DNA from: a virus
Strand: one strand, 5' to 3'
DNA: 64,000 bases
Virus record (IMG/VR): IMGVR_UViG_3300033141_003168
Coordinates: 1 to 64,000 of that record
In this document: piece after piece, positions 9,488-19,792 of the stretch
How positions within the stretch are numbered: position 1 is the stretch's first letter
Layout: every line of letters starts with the position of its first letter
Made by a program: the position numbers and the translations under genes
The notes under the pieces: generated by a model
Seen by the model: the letters and a program-made list of their open reading frames with translations, nothing else
The model's database searches: none
What the model was told of the DNA's origin: nothing

Positions 9488-11884
9488 ATGGTTGCCGGAT
9501 CAATGGGAATGGGTCTTGTACTTACCTTTAAGGATTTCGCGTCTAAAGGAATGAAGACCGCCGAAAAGAATTTTGGCAAGTTAGACGATGCAACCGAACG
9601 CGGTATAAAAACTCAGAAGAGAGCGGTTATTGCTACAAAGGTTGGAGCGGGTGCAATGATTGGTGGGGCGGGTATTATATTCGCCTTGAAAAAAACTGTT
9701 GATGAATCAGCAAAATACAGTCATGCGATGACGAAGTTTCAAGCCGTTTCGGGTGCTACTACTAAAGCTGTTCAGAGTATGAGTAAAAATTTCCTTGAAT
9801 ATTCTGCGGCACTTCCTGTTTCCGCTCATGAGATGGCCGAAGTCGCTATGGGTGCTGCTCGAATGGGTATTTTTGCAGAACAAGGTCAAAAAGGAACAGA
9901 AGCGTTTTCTATTGCTATAATTGAATTAGGGTCGGTAATGGAAACGGTTCCCATTGATGAATTAAGCAGGAGTGTCGGGAAAATGATGGGATTATTTAGA
10001 ACGGCACCGGAAGACCTCGGACGGCTAACTTCTGCCTTACTCTATACTGCAAGTTCTTCTAAAGTTACCGAAAGCGAACTCTTGGATACTACCGAGGGTT
10101 TATTAGGACTTTCAAGAATGATGAATTGGACAGAGGCACAAACAATAGGAATGGCGGGAGCAATTGGTGATGCTGCAACTACATCTCAGGTAGGTGCGTC
10201 TGCGATGACTCGGTTCTTTTCTCTGATGGCTACGGACATGGATAAATTTGCTAAGTTTGTTGGAATATCCGAAGCGGAATTACGACAGAAATTTCGGAAA
10301 GATGCACCCGCCACGTTAGGATTGTTTATTGATAAATTAAAATCAATGAGTGGAACTGCGGATTTACAGTTAAAAGCACTTGATGAACTCGGCTTGGGAG
10401 GAGTTCGAGTTGGAAGGGCTTTAATGGGATTGGGTGGAATTCAAACATCGCTACAAGAAAAAATGGCTGCTGCCACTAAAAAGTTTGATGAAGGTACTTA
10501 TTCGCATGAACAGTTTTTGAAAGTAACAGAAAGTTTAACTTCAAAGTCAAAAACTGCTGCTGGTTCAGTGTCGAATTTAGGAATAATAATGGGGAAAATA
10601 TTAGAACCGGCAGTTATTAAAATAACGGATGCAGTTATTAATCTTTTATCATGGCTTATAAATTTGTCTCCCGCGACTCAAAAGGCAGTTACTTTTTTTG
10701 CGGCGGGGTTAGGTATATTTCTACTCGTAGGTGGCGCGTTAGCTGTCATGGGTGGCATGGCAACGTATGCCGCAGTAAGCATTGGTGGACTTGGAAAAGT
10801 TTTTATGTTCCTAAACGAAAGTACAATTTTGACCAGAGTATATCTTTCAGAGGTAGGAGACAAAATTGTTGCAACATCTAAAAAAGCTGCTCTTGCCGCA
10901 GCAACTGGTATTAAAAAATTTGCATCTTCCCTTGTAATGGCGGGAAAAAAAGCTCTTGCTTTTTCAATTACATTAATACGAAACGCGGCTGCGGCAGTAG
11001 CGTCTTTTGCGGTTACAATGGCTACCACGGCGGTTGCTGGAATAGTTGCATTTACGGCTGCTCTTGTACCCGCAATTGCAGGTGCTTGGGCATTTACAGT
11101 TGCTTTACTTGCAAATCCAATAACGTGGATAGTTCTTGGAATTGTGGCTTTGATAGCCGGAATAGTTTTACTTGTAATGAACTGGGATAAAGTTTCAGCC
11201 GCATTAGGTGTCGCTTGGGAATGGATGAAAAATGTTTTCTCGGTTATGTGGGAAGGAGTAAAGAAAATTGCTGTAGCAGTTAAAGAAAAAATAGGCGGGG
11301 CGTTTATAGCTATATGGGAAGGAATGAAGCGGGTAGCAATAGGAATTAAAGAATCTATTGGTAGTGCCTTTGCATGGATTTGGGATAAAGCAACAGGTTT
11401 AAAAGATAAAATAGTGGGAGTTTTTGAAGGAATAAAAACAGTAATAACCGGAATTTGGTCTACCGCAGTAAATGTTTTTAAATGGGCCGTTAATAAATAT
11501 TTAAGTTATCTTAATGTTCTTCTACTTCCGTTTAGAAAAATAGCACATAAAATTGGAATTACAATTCCCGAAATTCCTAAATTTGATGTTGGTGGCACTG
11601 TAACTTTATCACCTAATTTTGAAGCGGGAGCAATTCCAAGAGGTATTAAAGTTCCCGCCATGCTTGAAGCCGGTGAAAGAGTAGCACCGGTCGGAGCGGC
11701 GGGGGCGGAATCTCTTTCTTCTCCATTTCGCCAGTCGTCGGGTGCGGAAATAAAAACGGTAGTAATTGAAATGCCAGTTTATCTTGACGGACGCGAAATT
11801 TATAGATCAATTAAAGAAGTTGCCTACGAAGAGGCGTCGCAAAACTTCTCAGTAAAGGAGAAGGTCGGAAGGGGAACTGAATAA
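9488..11884 (+). CDS. Tail tape measure protein
   Basis: 798 aa, Ala/Gly-rich helical; TP901-type N-terminal core; 'LLANPITWIVLGIVALIAG' and periodic Trp repeats. Confidence 0.9.
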   Translation: MVAGSMGMGLVLTFKDFASKGMKTAEKNFGKLDDATERGIKTQKRAVIATKVGAGAMIGGAGIIFALKKTVDESAKYSHAMTKFQAVSGATTKAVQSMSKNFLEYSAALPVSAHEMAEVAMGAARMGIFAEQGQKGTEAFSIAIIELGSVMETVPIDELSRSVGKMMGLFRTAPEDLGRLTSALLYTASSSKVTESELLDTTEGLLGLSRMMNWTEAQTIGMAGAIGDAATTSQVGASAMTRFFSLMATDMDKFAKFVGISEAELRQKFRKDAPATLGLFIDKLKSMSGTADLQLKALDELGLGGVRVGRALMGLGGIQTSLQEKMAAATKKFDEGTYSHEQFLKVTESLTSKSKTAAGSVSNLGIIMGKILEPAVIKITDAVINLLSWLINLSPATQKAVTFFAAGLGIFLLVGGALAVMGGMATYAAVSIGGLGKVFMFLNESTILTRVYLSEVGDKIVATSKKAALAAATGIKKFASSLVMAGKKALAFSITLIRNAAAAVASFAVTMATTAVAGIVAFTAALVPAIAGAWAFTVALLANPITWIVLGIVALIAGIVLLVMNWDKVSAALGVAWEWMKNVFSVMWEGVKKIAVAVKEKIGGAFIAIWEGMKRVAIGIKESIGSAFAWIWDKATGLKDKIVGVFEGIKTVITGIWSTAVNVFKWAVNKYLSYLNVLLLPFRKIAHKIGITIPEIPKFDVGGTVTLSPNFEAGAIPRGIKVPAMLEAGERVAPVGAAGAESLSSPFRQSSGAEIKTVVIEMPVYLDGREIYRSIKEVAYEEASQNFSVKEKVGRGTE

Positions 11885-12555
11885 TGATCGGTAAAGGATT
11901 ATTTAAAAAAGAACTTGTATACGTTGATCCTTCACAAGTAGCGAGGCCGGTTTCTAAGTTCGAGTCGCGAAAACAAGGCGAAAAAGATTTAAAAAACTTA
12001 TCCAGAGCACAAGCGAGTCCAGAAGAACGCAAAGCCACACTGCCCGAAACTATTTCATTGTATGGTAAAGAGTGGCCCGTACCCATAAAAGGCGCACTCA
12101 TTGATGTTGAGTTTCCGTCTGATTATCTATCTTTTCACTTTAACCCTCCGAATCTTCAACAAACGCTCGTTGCAAACTGGACTGACATTCAGGCTCCAGG
12201 TTATCAAAGGCCGCTTATGCAGTGGACAAGCGGCGGGCCGCATACAATTCCTTTACGTCTTTTCTTTCTGGATTTCTGGAGGTACGGCGAAAACAGGATG
12301 GACGTTGAAGAAAGTTTGAATTGGATAATGACAAAAATGCAACCTCCGAAGGATGGTGGGAATTCAAAACCGCCTTCACTGTTGGCCTTAGAATGGAGTG
12401 GAAAATCGTTGACACCTCGCAATCCCGGTCAAGCTTCAGAAACTTTTGTTATACGCGATATGAAAATAGACAGATCACAATTTGATATTGAACTAATAAC
12501 GATTCGCGCAACAGTAGACTTAACATTAAACGAGTACATAGAGAGTGTGATTTGA
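11884..12555 (+). CDS. Tail tube initiator / CIS tube-like protein
   Basis: 'FHFNPPNL', 'PLMQWTSGG', 'PPSLLALEW', 'RATVDLTLNEY'; follows tape measure. Confidence 0.7.
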   Translation: MIGKGLFKKELVYVDPSQVARPVSKFESRKQGEKDLKNLSRAQASPEERKATLPETISLYGKEWPVPIKGALIDVEFPSDYLSFHFNPPNLQQTLVANWTDIQAPGYQRPLMQWTSGGPHTIPLRLFFLDFWRYGENRMDVEESLNWIMTKMQPPKDGGNSKPPSLLALEWSGKSLTPRNPGQASETFVIRDMKIDRSQFDIELITIRATVDLTLNEYIESVI

Positions 12556-12556
12556 A

Positions 12557-12862
12557 ATGCCGTCATTCAAAGGATCAAGATATGCAGGTTTAGATAGAAC
12601 GCGAGTTATAGAGGATCGCACAAAAACTTTTCTACATTTAAGAACCTTGCTTACCGAGGAAGGCTTTGATGATCCCAATGCAGTCGAGTATGTTGTTAAA
12701 GAGGGCGATATGTTGGACGCGCTTGCATATAAGTATGGCGGATCGGAAACTTTATGGTGGATTATTGCGGAAGTAAACGGATTACTTACACCGTTTGATC
12801 CGGTGCCGGGATCAAAAATATTAATACCATCACCAGAATATTTCAGGAGTAGGTCGGTATAA
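12557..12862 (+). CDS. LysM-domain baseplate protein (gpX-like)
   Basis: 'YVVKEGDMLDALAYKYGGSETLWWIIAEVN...PGSKILIP'. Confidence 0.85.
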   Translation: MPSFKGSRYAGLDRTRVIEDRTKTFLHLRTLLTEEGFDDPNAVEYVVKEGDMLDALAYKYGGSETLWWIIAEVNGLLTPFDPVPGSKILIPSPEYFRSRSV

Positions 12863-12863
12863 C

Positions 12864-14303
12864 ATGGACAGACGAAGGCCACTATTTAACGTCAGGGTCG
12901 AACAAACAAAGGTTGAGACTATATCATCATTGGGTGCGGCAATAAAATCCGTTAGATACGAAGAGGGAGCCGATAAACCTGATTCTGTGTCCATTGAAGT
13001 AATAAACGCAAATCCTATCTTTCTTAGTGATCCCAAAGCAGCAGAAGGAATAATTATATCTTTAGAAATGGGTTACGAAAATGAGATGGAGGATTTTGGT
13101 AACTTCAAATTAAAAAGACCTAAATATGATTTTCCCGCAACCGGTCACATTGCGTGGACGTTTCAAGGTGAACGCGAGGAAGAGGCAAAGCTTTCTATTA
13201 GTCAAGAACGTCGTCAATTCAAAGGAAAAACAGACGCGGAGATTGCAGGCATAATCGCAAAAGAACAGGGCTTCAAAACTAAAACCAAAGACCCGGCAAC
13301 AGGCAAACAAGTTTCCACGATTGCGGCGACTCCCGGTAAGCCTCGAACTATAACCATTACCAACAAGACTTGGATGGAATTTTTAATGTCGAGGGCGAAG
13401 AAGTACGGGTATCAAGTTTGGGTTGATGGTGACATACTACACTTCGAGCCGATAAAAGATGTACCGATTCTCAACAAGGCCGGTAAAACGCAATATTTGA
13501 AATGGATAAGTGGCGAACGTGGATCACTCAGATCATTTGCGATAAAAGATGATTCAAGCGGAAAGGCCGCAAAGGTAAAGGCAACAGGCATCGACCCAAG
13601 TTCAGGATCATCATTTGAACAAGAAGGTGATCCTCTTCCTAAAACCGGTGGAGCGGCGGGTGATTCAGTTGCTAAAGTGAAACCGCCGCGTAAAACTGTT
13701 CGACCGGTTTTCGGAGGACAAGCGACTGCGACAGTAAAACCCTGTAAATTTGTTAGAGAGGTTTATTCAGAACAAACTACAGAGCAAAATAAAGCTTCAA
13801 TTTTAACTAAAGAAGAAACAGCAACTGAACAAGTTATGAGACAATCCCGAATGATGTGTACCATGAAAGGGCCCGTTCTTTTTGTTAAAAATGAAGCGGA
13901 ATCAGAAAATGACATAACCGCAAAACAAATTAGCGAAGCAAAAGCGCAGGCTTCGGCGTGGTCAATAGAAGCGACTGCGGTTCCGGTAATAGGATTATCA
14001 TGGATTAGAAAAAATAGAACTATATTGTTAGAGGGTATAGGTAGATTTACGGGGAAATGGCTTATTACCGCCTCGTCACATTCAATAGATGCACAGCAGT
14101 ACAGTACGAGCTTCGAGGTCAAAACTTACAGGAGTAAGAGGCCGCAGGCACAACGCAATCGCACTTTCCGAAAAAAAGAAAAAATAAAAGATAAAAAAGG
14201 AAAAGTTAAAACAAAAGTTACAAAAAGCAAAGATGTTGCAGAACCCGGAGAAATAAAAGGTTATTTTTGGATTGATACAAATAAATTAATAGAAAGTTTC
14301 TGA
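12864..14303 (+). CDS. Baseplate hub protein (late control D / gp27-like)
   Basis: 'SLEMGYE', 'TDAEIAGIIAKEQG', 'FLMSRAKKYGY', 'GIGRFTGKWLITASSHSI'. Confidence 0.8.
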   Translation: MDRRRPLFNVRVEQTKVETISSLGAAIKSVRYEEGADKPDSVSIEVINANPIFLSDPKAAEGIIISLEMGYENEMEDFGNFKLKRPKYDFPATGHIAWTFQGEREEEAKLSISQERRQFKGKTDAEIAGIIAKEQGFKTKTKDPATGKQVSTIAATPGKPRTITITNKTWMEFLMSRAKKYGYQVWVDGDILHFEPIKDVPILNKAGKTQYLKWISGERGSLRSFAIKDDSSGKAAKVKATGIDPSSGSSFEQEGDPLPKTGGAAGDSVAKVKPPRKTVRPVFGGQATATVKPCKFVREVYSEQTTEQNKASILTKEETATEQVMRQSRMMCTMKGPVLFVKNEAESENDITAKQISEAKAQASAWSIEATAVPVIGLSWIRKNRTILLEGIGRFTGKWLITASSHSIDAQQYSTSFEVKTYRSKRPQAQRNRTFRKKEKIKDKKGKVKTKVTKSKDVAEPGEIKGYFWIDTNKLIESF

Positions 14304-14305
14304 TA

Positions 14306-15106
14306 ATGAGTGACGATCTTTTTGACAACTATAGAGGCAAAGTAATTGCAAACGCAGACCCCGAACAGCGCGGCCGCTGTATTTTACAGGTTGATGAAGT
14401 TCTTGGTCAAGGAATTTATACCGAGTGGGCCGAACCAGAAGGAGTGCAAGCAGGGCCGGGAGGCAATGTCGGCAAGTGTGACGTGCCACCTACGGGAGTT
14501 ACTGTATGGGTTAGATTTAAAGATGGAAATGTCAATCGCCCGATTTATTCTCGTAACGGATGGAGTCCGAATCCCGCCGCACCTTATCATTTGCCGAACC
14601 GCGCATTAGGAAAAGACCAGGGAGTTACGAAGGGTGACGACAGTTTCACGAACGCAAACGACGCAACGATCAATGAACCCGCCGATCCTTTTGCGGCTGT
14701 TTATCCGTCAAACAGAGCATTTCAAACAGAATCTGGACACATCATTGAGTACGATGATACGCCCGGTAACGAAAGAATTCACATATACCACAAGTCTGGT
14801 TCGTTTCAAGAAACGCATCCTGACGGTACGGTCGTTGTAAGAACGGTTTTGCAAAAATATGAAATCATAATTGGTGACGATAATCTTCATATCAAGGGTA
14901 CAAAGAACGTGACTATCGAAGGCGACCTTAATGAGTATGTAAAAGGTAACGTACATCGGAAAATTGATGGAAATGTGACCGAAGATATTACAGGATCATA
15001 TATTAAAAATGTTGATAAAACAAATACAACTAATGCCAACGGTCAGATTACTGAAAATTCAAATACGGGTATTGCAAATAACAGTGGAAATAACACACAT
15101 AATTAA
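14306..15106 (+). CDS. Baseplate central spike (gp5/gpV/VgrG-like, no lysozyme domain)
   Basis: 'YRGKVIANADPEQRGR', 'VWVRFKDGNVNRPIY', 'TESGHIIEYDDTPGNERIHIYHKSG', VxGN beta-helix repeats. Confidence 0.9.
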   Translation: MSDDLFDNYRGKVIANADPEQRGRCILQVDEVLGQGIYTEWAEPEGVQAGPGGNVGKCDVPPTGVTVWVRFKDGNVNRPIYSRNGWSPNPAAPYHLPNRALGKDQGVTKGDDSFTNANDATINEPADPFAAVYPSNRAFQTESGHIIEYDDTPGNERIHIYHKSGSFQETHPDGTVVVRTVLQKYEIIIGDDNLHIKGTKNVTIEGDLNEYVKGNVHRKIDGNVTEDITGSYIKNVDKTNTTNANGQITENSNTGIANNSGNNTHN

Positions 15107-15118
15107 GGAAGGTCAATT

Positions 15119-15388
15119 ATGCCAAGTATAGCAAGATTAGGAGATGGTTCGAGTCACGGAGGTAGTGTAATTTCTGCGAACCAAAATGTTAAAACCGCAG
15201 ACGGAATCCTTGTTGCAGTTCAAGGCGCACTTCATTCTTGCCCCATTCCCGGTCATGGTGTTACTGCTTTTGGGAGTGGAAGTCCTGTAACTTCGGCAGA
15301 GGGAAAGGGTGTTGTGAGAGTCGGTGTAGATGCGTGTGGATGCGGCGCAGTAGTGGTAGGTGGAAGTCCTACAACAAGTACAGGATAA
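15119..15388 (+). CDS. PAAR-domain spike tip protein
   Basis: 'MPSIARLGDGSSHGG', 'HSCPIPGHG', 'VVRVGVDACGCGA'. Confidence 0.9.
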   Translation: MPSIARLGDGSSHGGSVISANQNVKTADGILVAVQGALHSCPIPGHGVTAFGSGSPVTSAEGKGVVRVGVDACGCGAVVVGGSPTTSTG

Positions 15389-15399
15389 GGAAATTAAAA

Positions 15400-15816
15400 A
15401 TGTCATTAGAACAATGTTATCAGGATTGGTTGGATGCGTTGACGCAAGGGGCGCGGGATAACCTCGAAGGCGTGTTGGTAAATATAATTGATGAACCATT
15501 GGGCGCACTCAACGACGCTTATGATTTATTACAAATACAACTGTCGGCATTGCAGGCACAATTAAATATTTTGCAGGCAAGGACTGGTTCGATAAATTTA
15601 GTGATAGGAGAATTGCCGATACCGGGTTCTTGTATAACGCTTGACGATGATATGACTAACCTGCTAAACTCAGTACGAAGCGATTTAGATACACAGGCGG
15701 TTAAGATGCAAGGAAGGATCGCCGCAGTAAATGGTGACTCGGCAATAATACAAAGTCAGATCAATACGAGAATTAGTAATACGACAGATGCAGAAAATCT
15801 AAAATTTTGGGAGTAA
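15400..15816 (+). CDS. Hypothetical coiled-coil protein in baseplate operon
   Basis: Start moved to ATG 15400 (after AAGG) so it does not overlap PAAR. Confidence 0.55.
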   Translation: MSLEQCYQDWLDALTQGARDNLEGVLVNIIDEPLGALNDAYDLLQIQLSALQAQLNILQARTGSINLVIGELPIPGSCITLDDDMTNLLNSVRSDLDTQAVKMQGRIAAVNGDSAIIQSQINTRISNTTDAENLKFWE

Positions 15817-15819
15817 CAA

Positions 15820-16230
15820 GTGGCAGAATTCAGACCTAATTTCGTCGGCAACGGTTTTAACTTTCCTATTGAAACTTCGCCGCAAGGAGAAATTGAAAAA
15901 CTCAAGAGCGAAACACCTGAAAACCAAGCTGAACGAATCAAACAGTCAGTTTTTCAAATCCTTAGTACCAGAGTGGGTGAAAGATTTTTTCTTCGCGATT
16001 TCGGTTCAAGACTTCACGAACTTGTTTTTGAACCGAACGATATTGTACTCGTAGGCATGGCCAGACGGTTTGTGATTGAGGCTATAGAAAAATGGGAGAA
16101 GCGGATTATTATTCAGAACGTCGAGATACGTTTAGATCGAGACAACAGTATGTTTTTTGTTTGGGCTGACTATGTAATTCGAAGTACAAACGTAGCGGGA
16201 AATCTTGTTTTTCCTTTTTTTCTTTCGTGA
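15820..16230 (+). CDS. Baseplate wedge protein gp25/GPW
   Basis: 'IKQSVFQILSTRVGERFFLRDFGSRLHELVFEPND', 'AIEKWEKRI', 'NLVFPFFL'. Confidence 0.92.
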   Translation: MAEFRPNFVGNGFNFPIETSPQGEIEKLKSETPENQAERIKQSVFQILSTRVGERFFLRDFGSRLHELVFEPNDIVLVGMARRFVIEAIEKWEKRIIIQNVEIRLDRDNSMFFVWADYVIRSTNVAGNLVFPFFLS

Positions 16231-16256
16231 CTTTTACATAGGAGATAACACAAAAA

Positions 16257-16287
16257 TTTAATTACTACGGAAACCGGATTAATTAAA
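16257..16287 (+). repeat. 31-bp imperfect palindrome, copy 3
   Basis: tttaattactacggAAAccggattaattaaa. Confidence 0.95.
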
Positions 16288-16305
16288 TTATAAAACGAGG
16301 ATAAT

Positions 16306-17997
16306 ATGGCAGAACAACTTGCACCACTTGATTATACAAGCAGGGATCAAGAATCCATTTTTAACGACATGAAGGATAGGATTCAATTTTATGTTAAGGA
16401 ATGGACTGACCAAAACGAAACCGATCCCGGTATCTGGTTATTAAGATTATTTTCGGGTATGGGCGATGTTTTGCATTGGTACATAGATCGCATGGTTAGT
16501 GAAGGGTTTCTTCCCACGGCAATTACAAGATCGAGTGTAATAAAACTTTTGAAACTAATTGATTACACACCTGATTCTGCGATACCGGCTACAGTTGATC
16601 TCACTTTCACACTTGCATCAACACAAGTGGAGGACGTTATAATCCCGGCAGGTACAGAATGTCAAACACCATCAGGCGGAACGGAAACTGCAATTTTGTT
16701 TGAAACGTTAGTGGAATTAACAATTGCCGCAGGTTCTTTGAACGGTACGGTGTCGGCGGTAGAAGGGCAAACTTTAAGTGAGGATTTGGGCGTTTCGGAT
16801 GGTACACGGTATCAAAAATATATTCTTGCCGATTCAAGTATTATTGACGGTACAGTTCACATTTTTGTAGACGAAGGGTCAGGCGAAGTCGAATGGACTG
16901 AGGCTGAATCATTTGCAGGCAATGGGCCTACAGCAGAAATTTTTGTTCTCGAACTAACATCAGACGAACAGGTGCAAGTCGAATTTGGTGATAATGGGTC
17001 GGGGGCCGTACCCGCACCTAATGCTTCTATCAGGGCCGATTATAGAATAGGTGGCGGTGATGTAGGTAATGTTGGTGCTGAAACGATTACCGAGTTAAAT
17101 GATACGATATATTTGTTACTTGTTCCGATTTCGGTTTCAGTAAATAATGATACCGACGCGACAGGTGGACTTGATGAGGAATCAATCGCAGATTCTAAGC
17201 GCAAGGGGCCACGTTCGCTTCGTACTCGTTGGGGTTTAGTGACAGAAGAGGATTATCAGGCGGCGGCAGAAGGTGTTGACGGAGTTGCAAAAGCTCATGC
17301 GGAAGGGATAAATTACCGTGAAATAAATGTTTATATTGCGCCAGGCGGTGGTGGCATGCCTACGACTCAACTTAAACAAGATGTATTTGATTTTATTGAG
17401 TCAAGAAAAATTGTTACCACGAAAATAAATATCCTTGATCCTGAATACGTAGAGGTTGACGTTGAAGGCACGGTTTACATTTTTGATAATTTTACTCAAG
17501 CTGATGTTGAAACGGCTGTACTGGTTGCGCTTACAAGTCATTTTAGCTTTGAAAATCGTAGTTTTGGACAAGATGTTTATCTATCAGATATTTATGCTGT
17601 TATTGATAACGTTCCAGGAGTTAATTATGTTGATCTTACTAAAGAAACAATGGTTCCGGAAGTTAATTATATATTGTGGAGTTCTGACGCGACAATTGGT
17701 ACTTTTGTAATTACCAATGATACTGCTAATGAGACGTGGACTATTGAGTTTTTCAGTACGACGTTCAGGGTAACGGGTGCAGTTGCGGGATTGCAAACTA
17801 ATATAGGATCACTTAATGCTCCTTATTTTGTTGATGATTCTTCATTTGGATTTACAATATCTTCTGGTTCTCAGACTCCGGTAACAGGTGATAATGCGAC
17901 TGTACGCGCGGGGCCGCTATTGGATAATGTTGAAATTCTCAGTAATGAGATTGCCACCGGTACAATACTTCTTACTTTTGTAGGCGGTGCTGGTTAG
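16306..17997 (+). CDS. Baseplate wedge protein (gpJ/gp6-like)
   Basis: 'LDYTSRD', 'EWTDQNETDPG', 'FGDNGSGAVP', 'YRIGGG..GNV', 'GGLDEES', 'VTEEDY'. Confidence 0.9.
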   Translation: MAEQLAPLDYTSRDQESIFNDMKDRIQFYVKEWTDQNETDPGIWLLRLFSGMGDVLHWYIDRMVSEGFLPTAITRSSVIKLLKLIDYTPDSAIPATVDLTFTLASTQVEDVIIPAGTECQTPSGGTETAILFETLVELTIAAGSLNGTVSAVEGQTLSEDLGVSDGTRYQKYILADSSIIDGTVHIFVDEGSGEVEWTEAESFAGNGPTAEIFVLELTSDEQVQVEFGDNGSGAVPAPNASIRADYRIGGGDVGNVGAETITELNDTIYLLLVPISVSVNNDTDATGGLDEESIADSKRKGPRSLRTRWGLVTEEDYQAAAEGVDGVAKAHAEGINYREINVYIAPGGGGMPTTQLKQDVFDFIESRKIVTTKINILDPEYVEVDVEGTVYIFDNFTQADVETAVLVALTSHFSFENRSFGQDVYLSDIYAVIDNVPGVNYVDLTKETMVPEVNYILWSSDATIGTFVITNDTANETWTIEFFSTTFRVTGAVAGLQTNIGSLNAPYFVDDSSFGFTISSGSQTPVTGDNATVRAGPLLDNVEILSNEIATGTILLTFVGGAG

Positions 17998-17999
17998 TT

Positions 18000-18389
18000 A
18001 TGAATGAAACTAAATTTGTAACTTCTGTAACTGCAAGGCGGGGATTTGAAGGGCCGCAAATTATTTTGAATTTTAACATGCCCGCAGATGCAGTTGATTT
18101 TGTTAGGGTAGTTCGAAAAATATACGACTATCCGGTAGTAGAAAATGATGGTGTACTGGTTGCGGAAATAACAGGCGTACCGGGTGAAGAAAAAAATTAT
18201 ACGGATTTGGATATAACAGGTGGAGAAACATTCTATTATCAACTGATGTCATTTGTCGGAGGCGCTTGGTATTTTGGACCTACGACTCGCGTTAAGTCTT
18301 TAGCGTTACAGTCGGGCACATTTGAGGAACGACTTTGGAATACCGTCACCGACATTTATCAAATACTCGATGAGGTTGGTTTATCATAA
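18000..18389 (+). CDS. Baseplate-associated protein (FN3-like)
   Basis: 'VRVVRKIYDYP', 'YTDLDITGGETFYY'; position in operon. Confidence 0.5.
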   Translation: MNETKFVTSVTARRGFEGPQIILNFNMPADAVDFVRVVRKIYDYPVVENDGVLVAEITGVPGEEKNYTDLDITGGETFYYQLMSFVGGAWYFGPTTRVKSLALQSGTFEERLWNTVTDIYQILDEVGLS

Positions 18390-19231
18390 TGAAACCAGTA
18401 GGCGAACGACTCGCGCCGGTTATCGATTCGACGGGTGAAATTTTTAACCTTCACGAAACTGGTGAACTCAAATATCAATTGCGTCGTGTCTTGAAACTTT
18501 TTGGACTTGAATTAGATGAAACTATCGGCCTTATTGATAACTTTTCAAACATGATTGACGTTGATAAATCTGATTCAGATTTATTGCCGTACATTGCTAA
18601 TTTACTCGGTTGGGAAATTAATAAAGACATTCCAATAACGGCGCAACGCCGCGAGATAAAAAACGCGGTTGCAACGTACAAACGAAAAGGAACTAAAGAA
18701 GGAATAAAAACCGCCGTTGCCGCAATCATAGGAGTCGATCCAGTTATAGAAGAAATGCGGTATCGAGTTTTAGAAACTTACGATCCTGAAAAATTCATAG
18801 CCAGAACTGATGAACCGTTAGTGTGGATTAACAAGGGTTTACCGGAAGACACGAACCATTACACGCCATGTCTTAATACCGGATGTATTTATAATATGAA
18901 CTCGTTTGTAATTTTTATTGAGATACCATTGCCGGAACCACTTACACTTTCAAAAACAGAAAAAATAGATCGCCTCATGTTACTTTATAACCCAATTAAC
19001 ACGGAAGCTTTCATAGTTTTATTCGACATAGTACAAGACGAACTGTGGAATGTTGCTGTCGAGGTTGTTGATGAAGATGAGGATGAATGGGAAGATATTG
19101 AAGCGGTTTTCCTTACGGAAAATATTTTTATTACCAATGACGAAGACCATGAAACAAACTCGGAGGAATCGTGGATTTACATTTCTTGGTTTACTGAATG
19201 GTCAGAAGATGAAATCATAGATGCACCATAA
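18389..19231 (+). CDS. Baseplate wedge protein (P2 gpI / Tail_P2_I-like)
   Basis: 'LLPYIANLLGW', 'RREIKNAVATYKRKGTKEGI'. Confidence 0.85.
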   Translation: MKPVGERLAPVIDSTGEIFNLHETGELKYQLRRVLKLFGLELDETIGLIDNFSNMIDVDKSDSDLLPYIANLLGWEINKDIPITAQRREIKNAVATYKRKGTKEGIKTAVAAIIGVDPVIEEMRYRVLETYDPEKFIARTDEPLVWINKGLPEDTNHYTPCLNTGCIYNMNSFVIFIEIPLPEPLTLSKTEKIDRLMLLYNPINTEAFIVLFDIVQDELWNVAVEVVDEDEDEWEDIEAVFLTENIFITNDEDHETNSEESWIYISWFTEWSEDEIIDAP

Positions 19232-19243
19232 AGGGAGGTACGA

Positions 19244-19774
19244 ATGAAAGACGCAAAGGAAACGGCAATAAAAATTTACGGTGAGTTCAAGGATGAAATG
19301 TATGAACTCGTAGACGGGGAGGAAATTCTCGTTTTAAAAACACCGTGGAAGACAAATAAAATTGTAGTAGGTATGTCAACACTTGTTGCAATGTTACTTG
19401 TGGACGAAGCCGGATTTTCAGGGATTCAGTTCCACGCTCTCGGTCATGGTGACTCGTCATGGGATGTAACAGTGCCGGAAGCTGATTTTACTGATACCAT
19501 ATTATACAATGAATATTACAGGAAATCACCCGACTCAATTCAGTACGTTGATGAAACCGGCGCGCCTGTTGTGGGATCGACAAATAGAATACTTGTCACC
19601 ACAACTTTTGATTTTGGTGAAGGCACCGGATCAGTTCGAGAGCATGGAATTTTTGCAGGTAACGCAACGGTCACACTCGATAGCGGAGTGATGTTGAATA
19701 CCATAAGGCATAAGGAAATCTATAAAGGAGCCACAAGGAAACTGATTCGCAGGATTCGGTTTACCTTTGGTTAA
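19244..19774 (+). CDS. Tail fibre attachment / baseplate protein
   Basis: 'NKIV', 'ALGHG', 'EYYRK', 'VREHGIF', C-terminal 'IRFTF' typical of tail-collar-fibre-like proteins. Confidence 0.65.
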   Translation: MKDAKETAIKIYGEFKDEMYELVDGEEILVLKTPWKTNKIVVGMSTLVAMLLVDEAGFSGIQFHALGHGDSSWDVTVPEADFTDTILYNEYYRKSPDSIQYVDETGAPVVGSTNRILVTTTFDFGEGTGSVREHGIFAGNATVTLDSGVMLNTIRHKEIYKGATRKLIRRIRFTFG

Positions 19775-19792
19775 TCGGGGAGGTAAAGAATA